A stretch of DNA of 62,114 nucleotides, the filler included, from Diploschistes diacapsis (Eukaryota): the NCBI GenBank assembly GCA_023645945.1. It is 11 parts of 11 records of this genome, joined end to end, with 100 filler letters (N's around TTAATTAATTAA, not from the genome) between each part and the next. Parts side by side here need not be neighbours in the genome. Positions count along the whole stretch, not along the records: positions 34,006 to 39,555 come from JALAIB010001527.1; positions 39,656 to 45,199 come from JALAIB010001528.1; positions 45,300 to 50,841 come from JALAIB010001529.1; 8 more parts are not named here. The stretch is one strand, 5' to 3'. Below, in pieces: positions 34,006 through 48,086 of this stretch (positions are counted from its first letter, which is position 1; each line of letters opens with the position of its first letter). Made by a program: the position numbers and the translations under genes. The notes under the pieces were generated by a model that made no database searches, was not told where the DNA came from, and worked only from the letters and a program-made list of their open reading frames with translations.

Positions 34006-37000
34006 CCCTTCCATCCTTTCCATGCCCGCCGCCATCCACCCCCCGGCCACCTCGACCCTCTCGTGCTGCTGTTCGGGATAAACATCCTCCCAAGCCTCCG
34101 CCTCCATGCCGCCTCTCTCCCTCCTCCGGCCGCGGCCCATGTGCCCCGTCCGCGTACCTCCAAACCCGGCCCCTCCATGCCCTCCATCCTCTCCACTACT
34201 CCGACTCGCAACACCGGTCCTGGGTCTGTTCAGTTGCGCAGGTTCCTCGCTGCGCATCCGCATCCGGCTCAGCCTTCTCGCAAGCCTGCTCGTTATTCTT
34301 CGTCCTTCGTTCCTTCCCTGCCAGCTGCTATCTTCCGGAACATTTCTACCCCACCGCTGCTGCTGCTGCTGCTGCCCTGCATCGTTCTCGCCAATCGCCA
34401 TCATCGAGTCCGGCGCGGTGCGGGCATGGGCCAACCTACTACTGTTTGCCCTCGGGTGATGCTCGTGTTCGCGCTCGGCCTGCGATCCGATACTCTGGAT
34501 CGTGTCCAGTCTACTCGCTACGGGTCTCGGAAATAGGGACGGTGTGCTCGTAGCGAACGAGCTGTTGCTCCTGTAATGTGGCTCTCCACCCTGTGATACG
34601 GCGGATGGTTTCTGCGTGTGGCGTCTGAACGCACTCCTAAACCGAGAAGGCGTGCGCGGGCGGGCGTTGGCGGCGACAACGCCCTGGGCAGCGGGTGGGG
34701 GGTCAAGAGGAACGAAACGGGACGAGTTGACGGCGTAGGCGGAGGGTTCGGCAGTGAGGTTGACGGCGGTAGGGGCGGTGGAGGAGCGGTGGTGAACGGC
34801 AGAGAGCTGGGAATGTGAGGGAGGAGGGACCGGCAAAAAGGAGCGAAGGGATGGGTTGATACTTGCTGCTGTGAGAGAGGGAGCGGGGAGAGGCTGGGTT
34901 CGAGGCCGAGGCTGGAGGTGACGATGTGCGGAGAGGGGGTATGCTGGTTGAGGCGCTAGTTGGCTGCGATACTGTGTGCTGCTGACTTGGGCAGCGGTGG
35001 TGGCGGTAGTTGGAGTATCTTTGACGGGCGGCGGCGGCGGAAGAGGGTAGTCGAGTCTTTGCTGAAGGTTGGAGCCGGACAGAGTGAGAGGCGTGGAGGC
35101 TGCGGCTCGTGCCCCTGACCGTGTCCCTGGCCTCGACCCGGATTTAGGAGGCGTCATCTCCGGTTCCGATTCAGACTCTGGGCTCGGAGCTGAAGTCTCT
35201 GCTACAGGAGCAATGGGCGATGCTGGCCGCAGTGCGGTTCGGTACATGGATGATCGGCCGGATCCGGTCTCATAGTTAGAAACGGGTCTCCTGTACGGCG
35301 TAAGGGGACCAGGGACCATGTATCTGCCAGATACCGGCGAGTCGGAATACGAATTCGACAGTGGACTGACAACCTCCTCCGTATGCTCTAGCGATGGCCC
35401 ATGGTCACTTGATGCTGGATTGAACATTGACCACCTGGCTATAGATGAGGATCGGCTGAGGGCATCCGCCGAGCTCCGCCTTCTGAACGACATCTGTTCC
35501 AATGTCGGGAGAGCTCTCCATGGCCGTCTATCTACGGCACCAAGAGCCGGCGATGGGCTTGCCGGCAGCGAAGAGTTTCGGGAGAGCGCAAGTGTTTGCC
35601 GGAGGTGCTCCGGCAGAGGGAAATCAGCGTCTTTCGAATACGGCGGCGGAGGAGGAACCCAATTGTCCGCATCACTTTCGTGAGGCAGCTCTGTGCCATC
35701 GGTGCGACGATACTCGACCACACCGGATGGAGGGATCTGAGGCGCACGCCGACGGCTCAGCTCGACCGCGGTCGCCGAGCGGTAAAGTGTCTGCCTTGAT
35801 CTTGGGTTCGTGTGAGAATAGGGCCCGTCAAAGGTCTCTGCTGCTTCTTCTAGAGTAACTCCATCCGTTGACGAGACCGGAGACGCTGGGGCCTCGTGCT
35901 GCGTAAGGGCAGGAGCTTCACGATCCAACCCAAAGCCGACTGCGGTGGGGAGCGGGGGAACCGGAGGCATTGGCTCGTCCGCCGGTCGGAGGACGTCCGC
36001 AACGCTCGTTACTTGAGATCTTGGGATGCCGTCGCGGCGTGCAAGTGTGCGACGGCGAACAATTGCAATCTCGGTGTCCATATCCGTATCTTCTTCTTTG
36101 AGCGGCTGAGGCTCGACGTTCCCAACTTCAATGGTAATCTCTTTGGCTTCGTCGCCGCCTCGGGGGCTCCAGTTGAAATCCAAGATGATTAGCCTTCCGC
36201 CGTCGAGAGAAGCCATTTCCTCTTGCTCAAGTTCGTCGGACAGAGTGACGCCGCCAGGGGCCCCTATGATGAGCCGCTCCCGCACGCACTGGAGTCCTTT
36301 CTCCGTCTTGGGCCCTATCACCCAGCACACCTGGTTGACGGCAGAGACCTTGGCTATGCGCTGGCCCTTTGCAAATACATTTCGGTATTTGTCGACCAGG
36401 ACCTGCCACCGGGGCAGATGGTCCATTTCGCTCCTTCCGTTCCCCCCTGAAACATTCGACGGCCCGACCGCATCTATGGCCCGGTATTCTTCGTCCGATG
36501 GTCCATCCGTAGCAGCCGCGTGGCTATCCAGATCTTCTGGGACGCCATACAGCCAAACCTCGGATCCCATGAACCCAGCAGCAACCAGCTCACCGTTTGG
36601 CGTGATGGCCGGTAAGGTCGACGGAGTCAGGGCACTCTTTGATGGCTGGCGCTCGCACGCCGTCTTCGGTTTTGGGCCTGTGAAGTATGTTGTGCCATTT
36701 CGCAAATCATCCGTGCGCACTGCCCTAAAGCTCTCAAATACCCGGTCATAGGTGAGGGTCCAATTAGCGTCGTGGTCGATCTTCCGGGGGAGCAAAGCCG
36801 CATGGCTGCAGTCTCGGCTGCTGTAAGGAAAGAGAATCTGCGATGTCCACATATGGCTGATCACTTCGGCTTGAGGTATGCCCTCGGCCGTTTCGGTGAA
36901 GTACGGCGCGGAGACGACGACGGTGCTTGGGCTTTTGGAGCCCAAAGTTGTGCCGAGGAGCATGGTTCCATCTTCGGAGAAAGACAGCGAGTCCACTCTT

Positions 37001-37872
37001 TCGGACTTGACCGCCCGCTTGTCGGTGGGCAAGGCACTGTTCGCCAACGAGTAAACTTCGACACCACCATCGTAAGCGACAGCGAGCACTTCCCCGTGGG
37101 GCGACAGGGTGAGTGTGTGGGCGGGTCCGTTGAGCTCAACCGAGCGCACAAACTTCGGCGCCTCCTCTTCCAGCCCGTAAACGTTAACCCTGTGGCTCGT
37201 GGACAAGACAGCCAACCTCTTCCCATTTTGGAGTATGTGTGCAGAGAGAGGCTTCCTCACTACCTTTAGCTCCCTCTTGATGTACGGTATCTCCGAAGCA
37301 GTTTCGATGACGATGATCCTCGACGAGCTGATTGCGAGACACCAATGGCCCCTTGAAGAGAAGGAAAACTCGAAGGCTTCGCCATACGGAAAGGCTCCGG
37401 ATGAGCTCGTGGTTGTGGAGATCAGGTTGATGATTGTCTGCCTTGGCCGTGTGAAGACGGAAAACAGATTCCTCTTCGCCTCTTGTACGAATTGTCTCTT
37501 CAGCTTCAGCAAGCTCTCCTCGTTGAACGGCCCAGTGATGACACTGTGTGCTGTAGAGAAGGACGGACATCGGGACAGATGGTGGGCGTAAAGGTGAGGT
37601 GTCTCGGAGGCCGCGCGCCAGAGTCGACTGGTGATTACGAGTGATGCAAAGGTCTCCGGATCGGAATTGTATAATATTCTGATCATTTTCTCCAGGTTAG
37701 CAAAGCTCCCCCCCGTAGCTTCATAAGTTATGAGATGCTGCACTTACTGTTCCGCAACTTCGGCTGGCAGACGTGTCGCCGCCGGCCCGTCATGAACGGG
37801 AGACTTCTCCGGTCTGTCCTTGACCTCGTTGCCGCCATCAAGAGGCCTCGTCGCCCGCTCAGCTTCCCTCAT
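34006..37872 (-). CDS. F-box plus WD40-like beta-propeller protein with long disordered C-terminus; intron 37747-37679; 3' end cut by contig edge
   Basis: Splicing gives F-box RLPAEVAEQ|ILYNSDPETFASLVITSRLWR; propeller-like LTLSPHGEVLAVAY, SLSFSEDGTMLLG; PPPPPY motif. Confidence 0.82.
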
Positions 37873-39655
37873 TATACCGATACACGACATTTAGATATAC
37901 ATGCGCCAACATTACCGGCGAGCTGCTATTGCCCTTGGAATGGCCGAGTCAGTCGTTCTTAAGTGCACTTGGAGGGCATACTCAACAGGCTCCACGCCAA
38001 TCGAGGTCTCACGAGACGCTGAAACGAAAAGAGTATACAGGTTACAGAGAGTGCAGGTGCGTCGTAGCGAGTAAGTTGGGGCTGTGGCTGTGTAGTAGCA
38101 CAAGCTTGTCCCGTCAACTTAATAGAAGATCGTTTCTGCACTGACCCGGTGGCTTGCTGGTCGGCGTTGGAATGCAAGAATAGGCTTAAGGCGGTGGAGG
38201 CCAATTGCTTAGTCGAAGGACATCATCCTTTGGGCCCTTTAAAAAGGAGAACCAGGGAGACGCTCGAAATAAGAATTCCCAGCAATAATAGAGGATGGCC
38301 GACCTGGTTCTGGCTGTCTGGAAGCTTCTGCCTTTAGCAATGCGTACGGCAACCAACTAGCCGCAAGCAAGAATCGTTTAATAACTGAAATATAAAAGAT
38401 TGAAGATCTGCTCAAAGCCGCTAGTTAACTCTCTACTCTGTGTTAATGCGGAAACCCTCCGCTGCTGGTCCAGAACTTCCTCGATTTGAAGTTGAGAACT
38501 CGAGAACTTGTGTCTAGGGATAGACTACTGTATCTATCTTTCTTAATTGGCTTCACTTACAGGAAATAAGTGCCGACGATATTCCCTCCGCACCGAACTG
38601 AACGCAAAAGCGGATGTCATTAATTCCCCCCATCCCCCATGCCACCTTCCCCATCCTTATCCTGAGAATGACTCCGTCAGCCTGCCCATCCACAAGCCCG
38701 CCGTCGATCTCAAGGTTTGGCGCTCAAGCACCCTTCCCCTTCCTCCTCCCCTTTTTAGTATTTGCATTTCTCTCAAAGCACTACCTACTCCGGGAAGAGG
38801 GGGTTGTGCTGATAGCCGCACAGGACGGGGACGAAAAGCTTAACTGAGCCGAAGGGTTGTCTTACGGTCTGATCATGCTAAGTCCAGGCCTATAAAAAAC
38901 CATAATCTACTCTCTGACCATGCATTGTAAAAAAATAAAAAATAAAAAGGCTCTCACCACCTCCAACCCCCCGCCGACTTACCTTGGAAATAAACTTCGT
39001 CTTTCCCGCGTTCCCGCCCTAGATGCGTGCCAGTGTACCACCAGCAACGCGGCGACCCGCACCCCAGCGACTATTCTCGAATTTCCAAGGATTCAGTATG
39101 CCGGTCTGGCAGCCATCGATGGCCTCCACCATCCTTGAAGATCAGATTGTAAGGTAGATATTTGCAGGTTTAGGGAATATGAACATTAGTGGGGTGATAC
39201 ATAAGGTATGGAGCAGCTGGCGGGTGTCGCGACAAAGCATCTTGGGGCCCAACAGTAGGGCTATAGGTAGGACTTTATAATGAGCAGCTGTTCAGAATTA
39301 GAGGACAGAAGAACAGTATCAATATCACATAAAAGCCGACTGTACGATTAGCCATATACACGGACCCGGACCGACCAGAGACGAGACTATCGTTATAGGC
39401 CATGTTCGCGTACCATAAACGTGGTTCACCTCACCTGCCAACGCGGAAGGGCGTGTCTCCCCATCCCATGCCATCCCATAGACCCGTCCCCAATTCCGCC
39501 CCAGAACACCTCAAAGTCCCACCATGCGCAGTGCCTCTCACGCGCCTCCGCCTCCNNNNNNNNNNNNNNNNNNNNNNNNNNNNNNNNNNNNNNNNNNNNT
39601 TAATTAATTAANNNNNNNNNNNNNNNNNNNNNNNNNNNNNNNNNNNNNNNNNNNN

Positions 39656-40280
39656 GGATATTATAAGGTAAATAAGTTGCTAGTTAAAAGAAGATATAGG
39701 AAGGGAAGAAATTAAAAAATAAAATATTTAATACGTTAGACCGGGTATAACGTTAACAAAAATATATAAATATTTTCGAAAGAATTATTACGGTATGTTA
39801 GAAACCTGATCGAAGACTATAAACGAAAAAATAAAGATTTAATAGAAGTATAACAAGACTAGAGATAAGATAAGGGCGTAGGATATCGAAGGCGATTACA
39901 AAACATTTAATTTCTTAAAAGAGTTAAAGTTGCTTAGTTATTAAATGGCTTTTAACAAGCTTTTATTAGAGGTATGTTTTCAAAACAAATGATTAAAAGG
40001 AGGACTCTTTAAAAGCTTTTAAAGTATGGATATATATTAGGTACATGCTTATGAGGACATAAGCTTTTTATTGAAGAAAAATATTGTGATAAACGTTGGA
40101 TTGCTTATAAATTGCTTGGGATATTGTTAATGATAAATGATGCCGATCTCGCTATAACAAGCGACATCTATAACAATGCCGCTTGGCATCTTATATATAT
40201 AAGTAAATTTTCGCTCTTACTTAGTTACAATCTACACTCACTTCTCACACTTTGATTTTGCAGATGATTTGCATGCTACT
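39656..40280. mobile_element. AT-rich, RIP-like repeat relic adjoining a transposon end
   Basis: Strong AT/TpA enrichment, no ORF, contiguous with the subterminal array; no protein motif recoverable by eye. Confidence 0.5.
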
Positions 40281-40872
40281 GACACGGCCGTGTCCGTGAC
40301 ACGGACACTGATAGTGTCAGTGTCAGTGTTTTAGATTTTTTAGCTGCGGTGTCCATGTCCGTGGATTCACGGAAGTGTAGTGTCCGTATTAGTATTAATA
40401 TTCTAAAATTTTTAATTACGGTGTCCGTATCCGTGTTTTTACTGTAATATAGTGTCCGTGTTAATGTCCGTGCTGAGAAAATTTTTGCTACAGTATCCGT
40501 GTTAGTGACCGTGACCCGAAACGGCCAGCCTATTTTTAAATAATTATTTTTTTTAATAATTCTGGAACTATCACGTCTATTTCTTACGCTTTAATTTTTT
40601 TAAAAAAAATTATACTGCGATGTTTCGATGAATTTATTGCAATTATAGTATCCGTGTTAGTGTTAATGTTTTAAATTTTTTAATTACGATATCCGTGTTC
40701 GTGGATTTACGGAAATATAGTGTCCGTGTTAATATTAATGTTTTAAATTTTTTAATTGCGGTGTCCGTGTTCGTGCTTTTACTGTAGTATAGTGTCCGTG
40801 TCAGTGTCTGTGCCGAGAAAATTTTTGCTGCAGTGTCCGTGTCAGTGACCGTGGCACGAAACGGCCAGCCTA
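40281..40872 (-). mobile_element. Two tandem copies (340-bp offset) of the hAT-like transposon end, terminating ...AAACGGCCAGCCTA at 40532 and 40872
   Basis: 40321-40532 aligns with 40661-40872 with almost only C/T and G/A differences; many GTGTCCGTG units. Confidence 0.8.
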
Positions 40873-42751
40873 ATTAAAACTAATCGACTATAAAAATAAA
40901 TAAAAGAAAGAATTAGCTGAATCTATCAGAAATAGATAGGCTAATACGGTACATCTATAAAAAAAAAGTTAATTAAAAAAGGAGTGTTTTATAAGCATAA
41001 AAAGCAACTAATGAGCGAGTCGTTCATATCCTAGTAGGAAAGAATGTGGTTTCACTACGGAGTTAAGTCCTAAGTCCGAAAAGACTTGGCAGAATACTTT
41101 TTATTTGTAAATCTGTAGCTAGATAATTTGAACGAACCATGCAATCGAATCACACACGCGTAGTATATTATATCTTGTGTAGCTCCCTGTTCTTGGGAGT
41201 GCCGGGAGCATCTAAGCTAGTTAATTCAACTGCTTACGAAAACAGTCAATCAAGGATGCCGGAAGCATTCCCTTTGGCTGGCCGGACTAAAAATAATCCA
41301 GATCTTTGGACCTGCTGTTCTGTCCGATCTGTCCGACCCCCCGGCTGCTTCTTGGAAGGCGCCAGGAAAGAGCCCAAGCTAGGTGGTGAGATGCTAGTCT
41401 TCCTCGACAACTCACATCGCATGCTCCTTTGCTGGTAGTGTAACGTGGGTATCCGGATGCCAGACTGGACCAGGATGCGACGAAGCCCGCTTTTCGTGGC
41501 ATGGGCACAATTGCGTTGCACACAGTAACGATTTACAGAAAAGAAGGCTGGTCAAAACTACTACCGGTGCTAGAGTGGGGGAGTTACCCGGCCTCCCGCC
41601 TCCTAGTACTTTGTACTACTGGCATACTGACTGCTGCAGGATAAATGAAAAAAGAGTCAGCTCGGCAGGGCTGAGTTCCGGGGGCGGAATACCGGCATGG
41701 AAGTGATTGACATCTATGGAGACTTGGAGACTATGATTGGGGGCCATCACTTTACTAAGTTAGTGCTTGGGAAATGCCAAGCCAACAACATCTCGCTGCT
41801 TACATTATTATTCATTATTATTCATTACGGCTTTAAGAAGGGGCCGTTCGGTAAGGTTCGGGGAGGTAGTCACCGATACTCTATATTCATTCCTACTTCT
41901 ATAGGTATAGGTAGTGAAGAAGGATTCCCGCTTTTACCCCAGAACGCCACCGCATCGAGCTCAAACCTTCTTTGCACATGATCAATTTGACTAACAATGA
42001 GTGAGTGACTGACACGCTCGGTGTTCCTTTACCTGCCTGTTACTTCCGTACCTCCAATCACTTCCCCGTTCAGTCATACAAAGTACCACGCCGTCCATGT
42101 TCCTCACGGAGATCCAATCGCGAGACGTTGGTTCACCCTCCTAATTCTCCTCTATCCACGCCCTTCTCTTGCCGCACCTCCTTCACAAACAAGACCCGAT
42201 TCCAGCAAGCAGCCTGTCTATTTTGTAGTACCCGTCTTGCAACCTACAACCTACGACCTACCTACGTACCCTTGGTGCTTTTTCGTCCAGGAGGCCGTTG
42301 CCAGGCTCTCTTTGGGGAATCTAGTTGGCCGTTGAATTACGAGGCTCGCCCCCTAATCCGCTCAAAACCACTTGCTGACCACCAGCCCGGACAAGCATCC
42401 TTTCTGTGCAGCCCACTAGAACCAAATAGCTCCAATCTCCGGCAGACTTGGAGCGCAAAGTGGTAAGAGAATAGTAGTAGTAGTAGTAGTAGTAGTTCCC
42501 CCGTGCACCACGCGACCACCCCACCCCCTCCCAGCCTCAGCCGCTATTGGAAGCTCAACTTCAACAACGCACGGCCTCTGTTCGGAATCGTAACAACTTT
42601 TACCCCTCCTAAGCGACATAATATAAAACTCCCCTCAAATACCTTGCCCGCGCTCTCTCTTTCTTCCCCCCTCTTCTTCCACCCAAAGAGTATCCGTCCT
42701 TTTCCCATCCGGCCTCTGCTTGCCATTTTACCAATATTAACTTCTGTCAAT

Positions 42752-44563
42752 ATGGCCATTGGCAACATCTATTTCATAGCCACCATCGCCGTCATCGGCG
42801 GTGGGCTGTTTGGTTTTGATATCTCGTCGGTAAGTCGCCGGTATGCCTCGGCTTCAGCGAAACCGTCGCTAACGTGTGTTGCTTAGATGTCAGCCATCAT
42901 TGGCACCCCGCAATATCTCTGCTACTTTAACCAGGGTCCCGATGGTCCTCCGTTCAATAACAGCCCGTCGTGCAGTGGTCCTACACCCAGCGTGCAGGGT
43001 GGCATCACTGCCGCTATGCCCGCTGGTTCTTGGCTTGGCTCCCTCGCCTCTGGCTACCTCACCGATATCTTCGGCCGCAAGAGGGCCATCCAAATCGGCG
43101 CCGTCATCTGGCTGATCGGTTCCACCATCATTTGCGCCTCTCAGAACATTGGTACGGACCCAGGATGGGTCGGAAAGAATCTTTAACTGACACGAATGCT
43201 CAGGTATGCTGATTGCCGGACGTATCATCAACGGTTTCTGCGTCGGCATCTGCTCGGCTCAGGTTCCCGTGTACATTTCCGAATTGGCCCCACCCAGCAA
43301 GCGCGGTCGTCTGGTCGGCGCACAGCAATGGGCCATCACGTGGGGAATCATGATCCTGTTCTACATCTCGTTCGGAACCTCTTACCTCGACGGTCCAGCT
43401 GCATTTCGCGTTCCGTGGGGCCTCCAGATGGTCCCTGCCGTGATCCTGCTCGTCGGTCTCTTGTTCCTCCCCGAGTCTCCCCGTTGGTTGGCCCGCCAGG
43501 ATCGCTGGGAGGAGGCCAACGCCGTCCTTGTTCTTGTCCATGGCAAGGGCGATCCCAACTCTCCCTTCGTGCACAAGGAGATGAGCGAGATCCGCGAGAT
43601 GGTCGAGTTTGAGCGCCATAACTCTGACGTTACCTACTTGGAGCTCTTCAAGCCGAACATGATCAACCGGACCCACATCGGTATCTTTGTCCAGATCTGG
43701 TCTCAGCTCACGGGAATGAACGTCATGATGTACTACATTAACGTACGTTGAATCTCCTTTTGCGCGACACTGAATGCACTGGGGAAGGCCCCCCGACTAA
43801 TGAACCCGCGTAGTACGTCTTCCTCATGGCTGGTCTAACGGGCAACACGAACCTCGTCGCCTCGAGCATTCAGTACGTCATCAACGTCTGCATGACCATA
43901 CCGGCACTGCTCTTCGTCGATCGCTGGGGTCGTCGGCCGACCCTGCTCGTGGGCGCCGCTCTCATGATGACCTGGATGTTCGCCAACGCCGGTCTGCTCG
44001 CGAGCTACGGCCACGACGTTCCTGGCGGCGTCAACCACCAAGCCGCCGCATCCTGGAGCGTCTCGGGCCCAGCCTCCAAGGCCGTCATCGCCTGCACCTA
44101 CCTGTTTGTCGCCTCGTACGCGCCCACCTGGGGCCCGGTTTCCTGGATCTACCCGCCCGAGCTGTACCCTCTGCGCGTCCGTGGCAAGGCCGTCGCGCTG
44201 GCCACCTCGGCCAACTGGGCCTTCAACTTCGCGCTCGGTTACTTCGTGCCGCCAGCCTTCGAGAACATCCAGTGGGAGGCCTACATCATCTTCGGCATCT
44301 TCAACTTCTCCATGTTCGTGCACGTCTTCTTCATGTTCCCCGAGACCGCCGGCAAGACGCTGGAAGAGGTCAAGCAGATCTTCGAGGACCCCAACGGCAT
44401 CAAGTACGTCGGGACCCCGGCCTGGCAGACCCACGTCAGCACGAGCAGGATCCTCGCCGAGGAGCACGGCCAGATCGACTTCGAGAAGGGCGAGGGGCTC
44501 CGAGGCTCGACGGAGAAGCGTACAGGGCAAGATGTCGTGCACGAGGAGAGCCCCACTCGCTAA
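42752..44563 (+). CDS. HGT1: MFS sugar porter, high-affinity glucose transporter (HGT1-like), 4 exons
   Basis: GGGLFGFDISSMS, DIFGRK, VPVYISELAPPSKRG, PESPRWL, SQLTGMNVMMYY, DRWGRR, PETAGKTLEE; three canonical introns. Confidence 0.9.
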
Positions 44564-45299
44564 CCAGGCGTGGGGGTTGGGGGGTCTGCATGGGCTTTTT
44601 TCTGAGCGCGTGCTTTGAGCGGCATTGGAAACGGCAGCGGCTGTATTCTCTGTTACAACTATCTTGTTTGATGATGCTTGCATAAGGTACGACTAGTCAC
44701 TTTACTCTGATCTACCTACTCGACCATGAATTGAACTTGACATACCCGGTGCGGATGTGTTCTTGTCCCGACGCCCCCGTGCCAGGGTAGCTTGCCAGGA
44801 TGGACAGAAAAAACCAATACAATGGAAACTTGAGTAAACTTCCCCCAACTCCTGCATGGATAAAATTTTGTTCTTTTCTGAATAAGCGATTGGCCCATCC
44901 ATTTCACTTTGAAGTTGTGACCTTCTGGCCGAGTGAGCCTACAACAGCGCCTAAATAATCAACGACGATTTGCACACACACACACAATTATAATATATCC
45001 ATGATGTTATTATCTCCGCTTAGCCATTCACTTGAAACCATGAGAATCTCCGTCCCGTACATCTACCGAAGTTTTTTTTTCAAAAAAAAAAATTTTTCAA
45101 AACAAAAACCCACATAGAAGAGGAAGGGAAGGAGGGAAAGGGGAGGAGGGAAGATCGAGCGGGCCCGTGGTTTTTCACGTTCATTCATTCATTCATTCAN
45201 NNNNNNNNNNNNNNNNNNNNNNNNNNNNNNNNNNNNNNNNNNNTTAATTAATTAANNNNNNNNNNNNNNNNNNNNNNNNNNNNNNNNNNNNNNNNNNNN

Positions 45300-45759
45300 A
45301 ATGTGCTGGGACCGGGGCTTTATCCCAGTGAAATGACGGCTGTGAGTTGGTCCCTTTTTCTTCAATGAGGGATGCCGATCAGAGAGAGGTTGGGAGAGAG
45401 TTTGTGGAGGGGGGGGGGGAAGACAAGGAAGGCGGAGGAAGGGGAGATGTGTTGTTGTGGGTAATGGCTAATAGATCCGACAGCACCACTTTCCGGATAA
45501 GGATCCTCGGGTAGAAGGTAGTGTGCCGAAGGAGGAGATTCCGGCTGAGCGGACGGGCAGCGAAGAGGTGAGTAGCCTGTTTCTCTGTTGTCTACTGTGA
45601 GAAAGTCTTGGAGGCAAGGTTACAACGTGAGCTTACATCTGCCAATAGGATATTGCAGGGGCTGTCCTGTACTTATGCTCGAGGGCTGGGGCGTATGTTG
45701 ATGGGACGGTGCTACTTTCGGACGGTGGAAGGTTGTCACTTATGCCGGCGACGTATTAG
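45300..45759 (+). CDS. Short-chain dehydrogenase/reductase C-terminus (exons 45300-45341, 45484-45567, 45649-45759); not in ORF track
   Basis: NVLGPGLYPSEMTA|HHFP...IPAERTGSEE|DIAGAVLYLCSRAGAYVDGTVLLSDGGRLSLMPATY*, a typical SDR tail. Confidence 0.87.
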
Positions 45760-45909
45760 ATCAGAAAGCGTGGTTCAAGTTGAGGTGCGTTCTTTTCGAA
45801 GCCGAATTTCAACTTTCGGGTGCTCTTGTGTCTTCGTGGTTCTGATCCATCTATCTTCTTGAGCAAAACCTTACCCAAACCAGGTACAGAACATGAGACC
45901 CTGTGCAGT

Positions 45910-47007
45910 TCAAGCGTTTGTAGAGCCTATAGGAATTCGTCGTGATAGGTGATGCATAATACCGCCAATCTCTTGTAGCTCATTGGAATTGAAATTCCAT
46001 CCACCCATGTTCTTTGCTGTGTAGATAGCGAAGCAGCACCATTCCTTACGCGGGGAGCGACGAGAATGTTTGGATTCGTCAACGGCGGTACCATGTAATC
46101 ACTCGATAATAACATCTACTAAGATGAAAAGCCGCCCCGCACACCCGACATCCAAAGCTGTGATGGTGATGACCATCCTGGCAAAGTCCCTTGAGATTCT
46201 TCAAGATTGCTGTGCGAAAATAGTCGCTAACCAGAGGTATATATGGACAGATCCACAATCCACCATTCACAGGAAACCCTGAAAGCCATTCTCTTATTGT
46301 TTGCAATGTCTCAGGGTCCAGGACGTTTTCATAAAGGTTCAGGCCTCTAAAGGGGGATAAAATAAGGTGAGTTCGCCAACTAATATCACCCTTCCCAGCC
46401 GAGGTTTGAACACCTTGCTCTAGTTTATAAACATGACGATACGAGCGCCCACGATCAGTTCCAACTTCAAAATGCCAAGGCGAATGGAGTGGAAAATCGA
46501 GCCCTTTAGGCATGCTGGTCATTTGCAGACCAGACTTCGCTCCTTGAAGATAGTCTTGACTTGGATGCACACGAGCCTCGATTGCATCTTTAGTCGATTC
46601 GTGGATGGTACGCAGAGCTTCCTCCAACTCCTGTAACGTAATTCTTGATTGTCCAAATTCAATAGCAGATTCTTCGCATCCACACCGGCGAGTCATTCCG
46701 GTCCTACCTTCTAGCCCAGAAGGCCTGAAACTAGAACTCGGCTAGGAAGGAACTCTGCACGTATATGTTGCATTCGACACACGACGCACAAGAGCTTCTC
46801 GGCATTGATGTCCTCACAACCAGACTTTGGCCTGATACTCATTCCAAGCGTTATCCTTCAGATTGTCGAGGCTTTGACGGAGAGTACCACGAGTGTGAAA
46901 AAGACGGCGGCATGATACTTTGACCGCATAGTAATCGATAGACCCAAGATGGCTCAGCATTTCATCCGCTACCTCTATTGAAGGTCGTTGATGGCTGTTC
47001 TTGACAT
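45910..47007 (-). pseudogene. Multiply frameshifted paralog of the neighbouring Cys-rich F-box gene
   Basis: Piecewise translation INDL/IEVADEMLSHL..AVKVSCRRLFH..LKDNAWNEY..WL/EDINAEKLLCVVCRMQH../AIEFGQS..GGLWICPYIP..CRVCG../LSRRI is collinear with 48087-49109. Confidence 0.85.
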
Positions 47008-48086
47008 GTTCCGGTCCTATGATTCTTGGTATATGATTGGTGTCATGGCTCAGAGACTAACCTTCCTGTGCAAGATGGCCATAGAGGACATGTTTATTGA
47101 ATATCCGGAGATCATATATTATTCATGTTTCAGATTCGATGATCTTGATGCGGAGCCTGCTTGTTCCATGAGAGAAGAAGACTTGTTTCAATGTCTTTGG
47201 TGTTGGAAGAAATAATTGACTTTCGGGACCCAAGATAGTAGAGATTCCTGTCAAAGGCTATCGAGCCTGGCCAAGCACGCATAACCCCACTGCTCATGTT
47301 TTTGACGGCATGAATCAATGAAGTTGCTTCAAAGCTTTGAGAGCTGATGTGGCTATGTGAAGTTAACAAAGGGGAAGCACGTCTGGTAGCGTGAAGTTAA
47401 AAGCAGAAATTCCCCATGGAAGAAGCCATTTGGGAGACCAAAAGGAGTGAAGATTAGTTAGCGCAACCTGTGATTTCAGAGGATCATGGCAGAGACCGAT
47501 CGCTCTCTTGGCTTTTTCCCCTCGAGACGATCAGGAATTCAGGGGTCGTTGATACTGTGGGCCAGTAGCAGCAGCAGCACCAGCGGCCATGCTCAACTCA
47601 CTAGGCCACGCTGATTGAGATCTAAATGCCACAGCTCCAACTGCTATTCCGCCGAGGTTGATCATAATCCGTCCTTGTAGGTAGTAGATATGGGATCTTT
47701 GGGTAGGCAGTATGTTAGTTTCTGCTTGGTCCCAACCCAGATTTAAAACCTGTATACGGAGCAACTTCCTAACAGAAACGGACCTGAAATAGACAGTATC
47801 TCAACAGTGCGCTGGAGTGCTCTTACCATTGGGTAAACTGAAAGATTGATGGTTGAAAAGAGCACCAACAGTCCCTTAATGATTCGCAGCAATTGATGCA
47901 CTGACGTCGACGCACGTTACCTTGAAGGTTTGAACGTCCATAGATCGGGACCTTTCGCCTGCATAAATACTAAAGCAGAAAGGCACTGCTTTCGTGTCAC
48001 TCGTGAGGGAAGATCAGGTTCATACGGGCAAAGTCAATCAATTGCAGGTAATTTCGAGTAGAACCGTAGTCACCATGTCCAGCTAC

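Noticed and set aside
33591..40872. CACGG-rich repeats as a CRISPR-like array
   Set aside because: No constant repeat with unique spacers, no cas genes, eukaryotic context; explained as transposon subterminal repeats.
43835..44685. Overlapping 282-, 170- and 137-aa ORFs
   Set aside because: Alternate-frame shadows of the GC3-rich transporter exon.
28347..45759. GMC oxidoreductase, sugar transporter and SDR as a metabolic cluster
   Set aside because: They lie on different contigs separated by spacers, and no backbone enzyme is present.
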